Program-made: the position numbers and the translations under genes
The notes under the pieces: generated by a model
Databases searched by the model: none
Seen by the model: the letters and a program-made list of their open reading frames with translations, nothing else
Told to the model about the DNA's origin: nothing
Shown: in pieces, positions 57,778 to 64,000 of the stretch
How the letters are laid out: each line of letters starts with the position of its first letter
How positions within the stretch are numbered: position 1 is the first letter of the stretch
Assembly (NCBI GenBank): GCA_017499595.2
Contig: CM039005.1
Coordinates: 62,001 to 126,000 of the forward strand
Length of the DNA stretch: 64,000 nucleotides
Reading direction: 5' to 3'
From: Psilocybe cubensis
Lineage: Eukaryota

Positions 57778-60700
57778 ATGCCTCCCGGAAACCACCTTCT
57801 CCTAAGTGGAATTCTATCTCGTAAGAGAGTAGCCGACATTTGTTGCCAATAAATGCACTAATTTGCTATCTAGACATCGATATCAAAGGCGATATATTGA
57901 ATGGCAATAGAAATCGATCATCTTATTGGGTTCAGATCTACGTCGACAACCAAGAAATCATCAAATCGGATAAAATCAAGGCTCATTCTGGGAAGCTTAC
58001 GTGGAAATGGGATCTGGGTACCAAGATGTGAGCGCTTTCAGTCAATTTTGGTTGGTTATGTCGCTTAGTTGCGTCTCAGTCATTTCTCACCTTCCTCGGT
58101 AGTCAGAATTGAACTCTATCGCGGGTTCAAAAGCACCGCCATAGGCAAATTCCGTCAGTTCCAGGTGCACGTAGCACAATTTGAGGAACAAATTGTGCAG
58201 TTGCTCGACAACGGTGTGTATTATGATCTTACAATTGGGATATTTTATATTGAAAATGTTACCTACAGGTTCCACATCATTCGCATTGAAAGATAAAAAG
58301 GATCAAAGTGTTGCAGAGATCAAAATGTCTCTTTTTCTGTCAGAGACACCGAATGAGTTCATCTCGGACTTCATGAAGAAGGTTGAGCACGATGTTGCCA
58401 ATCTGAAAGACATCGACGGCGTTACCAAACAGGTATTGTCAGTCCTTGGGCCTGTGCTGAAGAGTACGAAGACCATGATGGATACCTTTGCTGATGTGAG
58501 TGAATTGTAGCTGGCATAGTGTTACTGAAAACTCATTTATTGACCCTACAATTAGGCGCATCCGATACTCAAGATATCATGGAAATTTATTTCAACTATC
58601 TACGATGTATGATCCTTCATATGTACAAGGTATACAAATTAATCTGTCTTTATAACAGGATACACAGGAAACGGAGATCCGAGACCAATCAATCCGAGAG
58701 TTGGCAGAAAATTTACGTGAGATGCTTGCTACTGCAAACGAGAAACTCGACCTGCCAAAAATCCCAGAGGCGGTCGACATAATCCAGGAAATTGGACAGC
58801 ATTCCTTGCAGGTTGCGTCAATCATCCACAAGTACACTCAATTGCCTTACAATGGTAATTTTCTCAAGCCTTGCATCGATAATTCCAATTGATGTTTGAC
58901 GTTTGTACACAGAAAGGACATTGACGTTAAGCACCGGTAATCTGGGAAAACGTATCAAGGAGTGCCAAAGTAAATTCCTAGCTCTCAAGGAGAGATTCTA
59001 TGAGCGAGTACAGCTTGAGATGAATAAGGCTGTTAAAGAAAATCGTATGTGTATTCCATGTTTAATAAAATTTGTTGTTGAATTAAATTTGTGCTGCAGA
59101 GGATATGATGAAGGATGTAAAGAAAGAGGTTACCAAGGTCAAGGACGATGCCCTAGGTATGTGATTGTCACTTTTTGTTCTTTATACGCGTCTAATACCA
59201 GCTTTAAACTTAATAAAATGAAGAAAAAAAGATTATTGAGTGGCTATGGCATTCCGCCCCCCCACTCAACTTTTCCCAAAACTACAATGAAGCCAATAAA
59301 AAGCGTCAAGGAGAAACATGTTCCTGGTTTCTTGAGGATGAGAGATTTGGACAATGGTTACACCATTCTGGCTTTATATGGGTCTATGGAAAAGGTAAGT
59401 ATCCTTATGCTATAACATGAGGATGTCATTGATTGGGGGAGAATAGCGGGATGCGGAAAGACAATTTTAATGTATGAACCAAGGTTTTGCAGATAAATGA
59501 CAAGTTAATTCATGAGTTACTTAGGTCCTTAATTATCAAGAAACTCCCGGACGCCAATTCTACGACTGGAATTTGTTATTTTTTCTTTGATGCACGAGAT
59601 GGAAAGACAGATTTGCAGCTACATATGAACTTCATACGATCTCTGATTCACCAGCTATCTGATTTCCGCCATGGAGGAATTCCACAAGACTTGGTCAACC
59701 TTTACACAAAATGTGGGTCTTTGTAACCATTGGATGAACAATTGGAAGAAACACTGCAAAGGATCATGGAGGGATTTGATGATGTTTTCATGGCCATTGA
59801 TGCGCTGGACGAGTGCTTGGATCGCCAAAGGACTCTTAATTGGATCCAAAAACTCCTTACCAAGTTCCATGGGCAAACCAACATTCATCTGATAATCACA
59901 AGTCGACATGAGACAGATATCAGCAGTGTTTTTCATGATCTTGGGGGTGACCACATCGACGTCCTTAACTCTGAAAACAATGATGTTGAGGGGTACATCA
60001 GGGAGAAGATGAAATTGGGCAAACTACAGCAACTCAATGAAAATTATCGGTCTGAAATAGAGCGTAAATTACTGGATTGTGCCGACGGATCGTAAGCTCT
60101 ATCCTTTCCATTTGACAATGATACTGATAATAGCCCAAGATTTCGATACATTGCACTGATGCTAGCCGAGGTGGAAAAATGTTCAAATCTGGCCATGTTG
60201 GAGACAACATTGACTGAGTTGCCAAAGGATCTTGATGAGATATATGGACGAATTCTGCGTAAATGCGACTCCAAAAAGGCTTTGGATCTTCGAAGATTTC
60301 TTCAGTTTCTTGCATTCTCCATAAGAGACATAACACTTGAGGAACTTGCCGAAATTATTACAGTTGAATTCACTCCAGAAAATGAGCCAGTTTACAATTC
60401 CAACAAACGATATTTCAATCCTATTGATGTCCTCGAGCTATGTGGGGGACTAGTAGTGACAGTAAGAAATGTCAAATCACACAACCAGAACAAGGACTAT
60501 ATCAAGCTGTCCCATTTTTCGGTGAAGGAATACCTTATGTCTAGTCATGTCCAAGACGTGTTTCACCTGGCCAAGACCACGTCTCAAATTGAAATCTCAA
60601 AAACATTGCTATCGTATCTTTTGGAGACTTATGCCGCCACCCTTAATATCAACAACCTTGGCCCTTCCAACTTCCCACTCCAATCCCATGCTATAAGACA

Positions 60701-62366
60701 CTGGCATTCATATGTCCAATGCCAGGGTGTAGACAAAGACAACATTGTATGCAAGCTGGTAATCTCTCTCTTAAGACTTGGAGATTCTACAGGATTTAAC
60801 AACCAAGTAATCAATATCCTGTATAATAAAGAGTTGAAGACTAAAACAGCCGAGTCTAGAATGATTTGCCAGGCATCAGTCCTAGGCCTTTGTGGTGTCG
60901 TGGAAGTCCTATTGAAAGAGGTGAATGATATAATCCTAACAAAGAAATCCATGGATGGAAAAAATCTACACCAGGAAAGGGTAAATGGGAAGTATAGTGA
61001 TGCCCTGCAGGCAGCATCCTGTATGGGATATGGATTGGTGGTTGAAACCCTGCTGCAGCATGGTGCAGACATCAATGTTGTGTTTGGTACTTATGGCACT
61101 GCACTCCAGGCGGCATCCTATATGGGCCATAAATTGTTGGTTGAAATTCTTCTGCAGCATGGTGCAGATGTCAATGTTGTGGGTGGCAAGTATGGCACTG
61201 CAGTCCAGGCGGCATGCTATATGGGGCATAGATTGGTGGTTGAAACCCTCCTGCAGTATGGTGCAGATGTCAACATTGTGGGTGGTGATGACGGAACTGC
61301 ACTCCAGGCGGCATCCTATATGGGCCATAAATTGTTGGTTGAAATTCTTCTGCAGCATGGTGCAGATGTCAATGTTGTGGGTGGCAAGTATGGCACTGCA
61401 GTCCAGGCGGCATGCTATATGGGGCATAGATTGGTGGTTGAAACCCTCCTGCAGTATGGTGCAGATGTCAACATTGTGGGTGGTGATGACGGAACTGCAC
61501 TCCAGGCGGCATCCTATATGGGCCATAAATTGTTGGTTGAAATTCTTCTGCAGCATGGTGCAGATGTCAATGTTGTGGGTGGCAAGTATGGCACTGCACT
61601 CCAGGCGGCATGCTATATGGGGCATAGATTGGTGGTTGAAACCCTCCTGCAGTATGGTGCAGATGTCAACATTGTGGGTGGTGATGACGGAACTGCACTC
61701 CAGGCGGCATCCTTTTGGGGCTATGAATTGGTAGTTGAAACCCTCCTAAAGCATGGTGCAGATGTCAATGCTGTGGATGGTGAGTATGGCACTGCCCTCC
61801 AGCTGGCATCCTATAAGGGCTCTAAATTGGTAGTTGAAACCCTCCTAAAGCATGGTGCAGAGGTCAATATTGTGTGTGGTGAGTATGGCACTGCACTACA
61901 GGTAGCATCCTATATGGGATATGAATCGGTGGTTGAAACCCTCCTAAAGCATGGGGCAGATGCCAATATTCTGGGTGGCAAGTTTGGAACTGCACTCCAG
62001 ATAGCATCTTATGCGGGCTATGAATTGGTAGTTGAAACCCTCCTGCAGCATGGTGCAGATGCCAATGTTCTGGGTGGCAGTTATGGCACTGCACTCCAGG
62101 TGGCATCCTATATAGGCTTTAATTCGGTAGTTGAAACCCTCCTGCAGCATGGTGCAGATGTCAATGTTCTGGGTGGCAAGTTTGGCACTGCACTCCAGGC
62201 AGCATGTTCCAAAAACCACGAAAAAGTCATTCAATTGCTCTTGAGCCACGGTGCTAAAGTAACCTCACTGGATTATCTGGATTGTATTAGCAATCCCGCC
62301 CTTCAGGTAGAACTTTGTATTGCTTACTCTGCACATAAAGAAAGTGTAAGTTTGTATTTTTCATAA
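57778..62366 (+). pseudogene. Second NLR-like paralog (C2-like/helical, NACHT, ~13 ankyrin repeats) with an in-frame stop in NACHT
   Basis: ATG 57778 (MPPGNHLLLSGILS-H-IDIKG); same exon structure as the left copy; TAA at 59724 where the paralog has CAA (CGSSQPLDE); ankyrin ORF 60159-62366. Confidence 0.88.
61098..61713 (+). repeat. Three near-identical 198-bp units (two ankyrin repeats each)
   Basis: Units start at 61098, 61296 and 61494; only one substitution seen (TAVQ vs TALQ). Confidence 0.93.
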
Positions 62367-62588
62367 AGTTGTCTTCTACCCTTGTGACTATTATTTATAG
62401 ATATCAAACCCACTTCAAATTATGCCTGAAAACTGAGCAATAAGGTGTCAGCTTCGGCCTTAGTTAACATTTCACCAATTTGCTGTACATCTAAATAAAT
62501 ACTATACAAATTATCTGTTTCTCATGTCGGAAATTGACAGCCAGATGAAGCGTTTACCTTATACAGTGAGGAAATCATACACAAATTA

Positions 62589-64000
62589 CGGGCATACAGA
62601 AATCAGCGTGACTGCTCGCGTGCGTGCGTTTTTGCGTGTGCCTGCGTGACACGCATTTTTGCGCAACAACTGTGTTCTGCACGCATATTGATGTGCACGC
62701 AATGTCACAGATGTGTCACACGTAGGATTGCAATGCAACAGTGGTTGTTAGCGTTCATTTACAATTGTTTGGTGTGTAATAACGTATTGATAGTATGCCC
62801 TTGTATTACATTAATTCCATGTTCAGCCTTGTACCACTGTGACAGGTATCAACCAGGTAGGATGTAGAGATTATTACATGGTTATACTGTATTTGAATTA
62901 ATCAACACATATTCCTTTAAAAGTCTACAATACATGGTAAGTTTAGATCTTTGAGGCTTGGAACCAGTAGAACTTCAATGAAATATTTTGTTGTTACAGG
63001 GACCATACAAACAATGAACTCGAGGGATGGTTTGGTATGCCGTGTCCTTCGGCATGTGCCTCGCAACAATCTCCGACTCCGCAACCAATAGTCGGCAATA
63101 AAATCGGCAACGGTTTATGATCGGTAATATCCGATCAAATTGTGAACTTTAAGAAAAATGTCAATTTTGTCTTTTTGACATGCAACTTATGTTGTTGAAC
63201 GACCACCAGCGTGACACCACAGCACGCTAGGTGCACTAAATCGCACGCATTTGCCACGCAAGCAGCACGCGACCCACTTTCCCACGTTAACGCGATGGCA
63301 CGCGACGGCACGCAATAGCACGCAACCCAATTAAGTGCGTGCAATCGACACGCATACAGTTGTAATCTGCACGCGATGGCCCCGCAAGCAAATTATTCTT
63401 GCACGCTAGTATGAAATAATGCGTTTTGGAGTATTTTACTGCAAAAATATGTCTGGATGTACCATTAGATATATTGAACTTTGACCTTGGCATTGAAGTT
63501 GAGTGTTTTAAAGATCTCAAATAAATTAAAAATTTGAAACTCAATGTCAATGAACTCGTTAAAGAGTATATTGTGGTATGTAGTTATTTTTCTGTTTGGG
63601 ATTCATGTTCCTTCTTTGTGGGGTGATAGATACGGACGTCGTCAGATCGAGATCAGTTAAATTATGTGGCTGAAACAGTCCTACACATACTCACATAGTT
63701 GTAGCTCGGAAAATGGGAACAAGCATAGCAGATCCCACAGAAAATGATATACTATCAGATGCATCAACAACTCCTAATTAATGTGAAGTAGACAAGGCTC
63801 TCACACCAGCAAAGAAGATACTGTACAACCTTCTATGTGACCCAGAAAAAGTTGATTCAAAGCTTTTTCCTGCAAAAGGTTGGCTGGAAACTTGAAAGCA
63901 AGAATAAGGATATCTTCAAAACTATCACACCATACACCGGTCCACTCACAGTCATTGAAAGAGCAAAAATATCCAATTGGTTTGAACCTAAGATCACGAG
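62589..64000. mobile_element. Second copy of the outer TIR element family, running off the window end
   Basis: Begins TA|CGGGCATACAGAAATCAGCGTG. The paralogous empty site near 6070 reads CACAAATTA|CATACA. Colinear with 17318-17670 plus 47185-48440. Confidence 0.8.

Larger units (their letters stand above)
55400..62588. repeat. Right arm of inverted segmental duplication
   Basis: Reverse-complement homology to ~6050-13270; homology stops at the TA (62587-88) where the TIR element begins. Confidence 0.85.

Noticed and set aside
60629-62249. Repetitive antisense and alternate-frame ORFs over the ankyrin arrays (also 6.4-7.9 kb)
   Set aside because: These are shadow frames of the ankyrin repeats.

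Overview
Eukaryotic, intron-rich fungal DNA, most consistent with an Agaricomycete (mushroom-type basidiomycete) repeat-rich region. Two paralogous NLR-like genes (C2-like + helical N-terminus, NACHT, ankyrin repeats) point outward at the ends of a ~7 kb inverted duplication (~6.0-13.3 kb vs ~55.4-62.6 kb). Between them is a four-level transposon nest whose junctions can be read directly: (1) a ~1.9 kb TIR element (17318-48737; a related copy starts at 62589); (2) inside it a ~13 kb (net) multi-gene Plavaka DNA transposon (17673-47182; ~45-bp TIRs, TA duplication) carrying a transposase, three passenger genes, a 96-bp tandem array and two arrays of a covarying 23-nt stem-loop; (3) inside that a Ty1/copia element (24854-41225); (4) inside that a second copia (29607-34241) and a chromodomain Ty3/gypsy element (34466-40857). 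The gypsy element looks intact and self-priming, and by eye contains no CpG in 6.4 kb, while its neighbours carry CpG>TpG lesions (CGA>TGA stops in the outer copia and the transposase). At 50.8-54.1 kb a nucleotidyltransferase-like gene is split by a Helitron-like insert, with a shared ~43-bp palindrome family. No rRNA, tRNA or CRISPR array was seen. All calls come from manual reading; family names were recalled from motifs, not searched.
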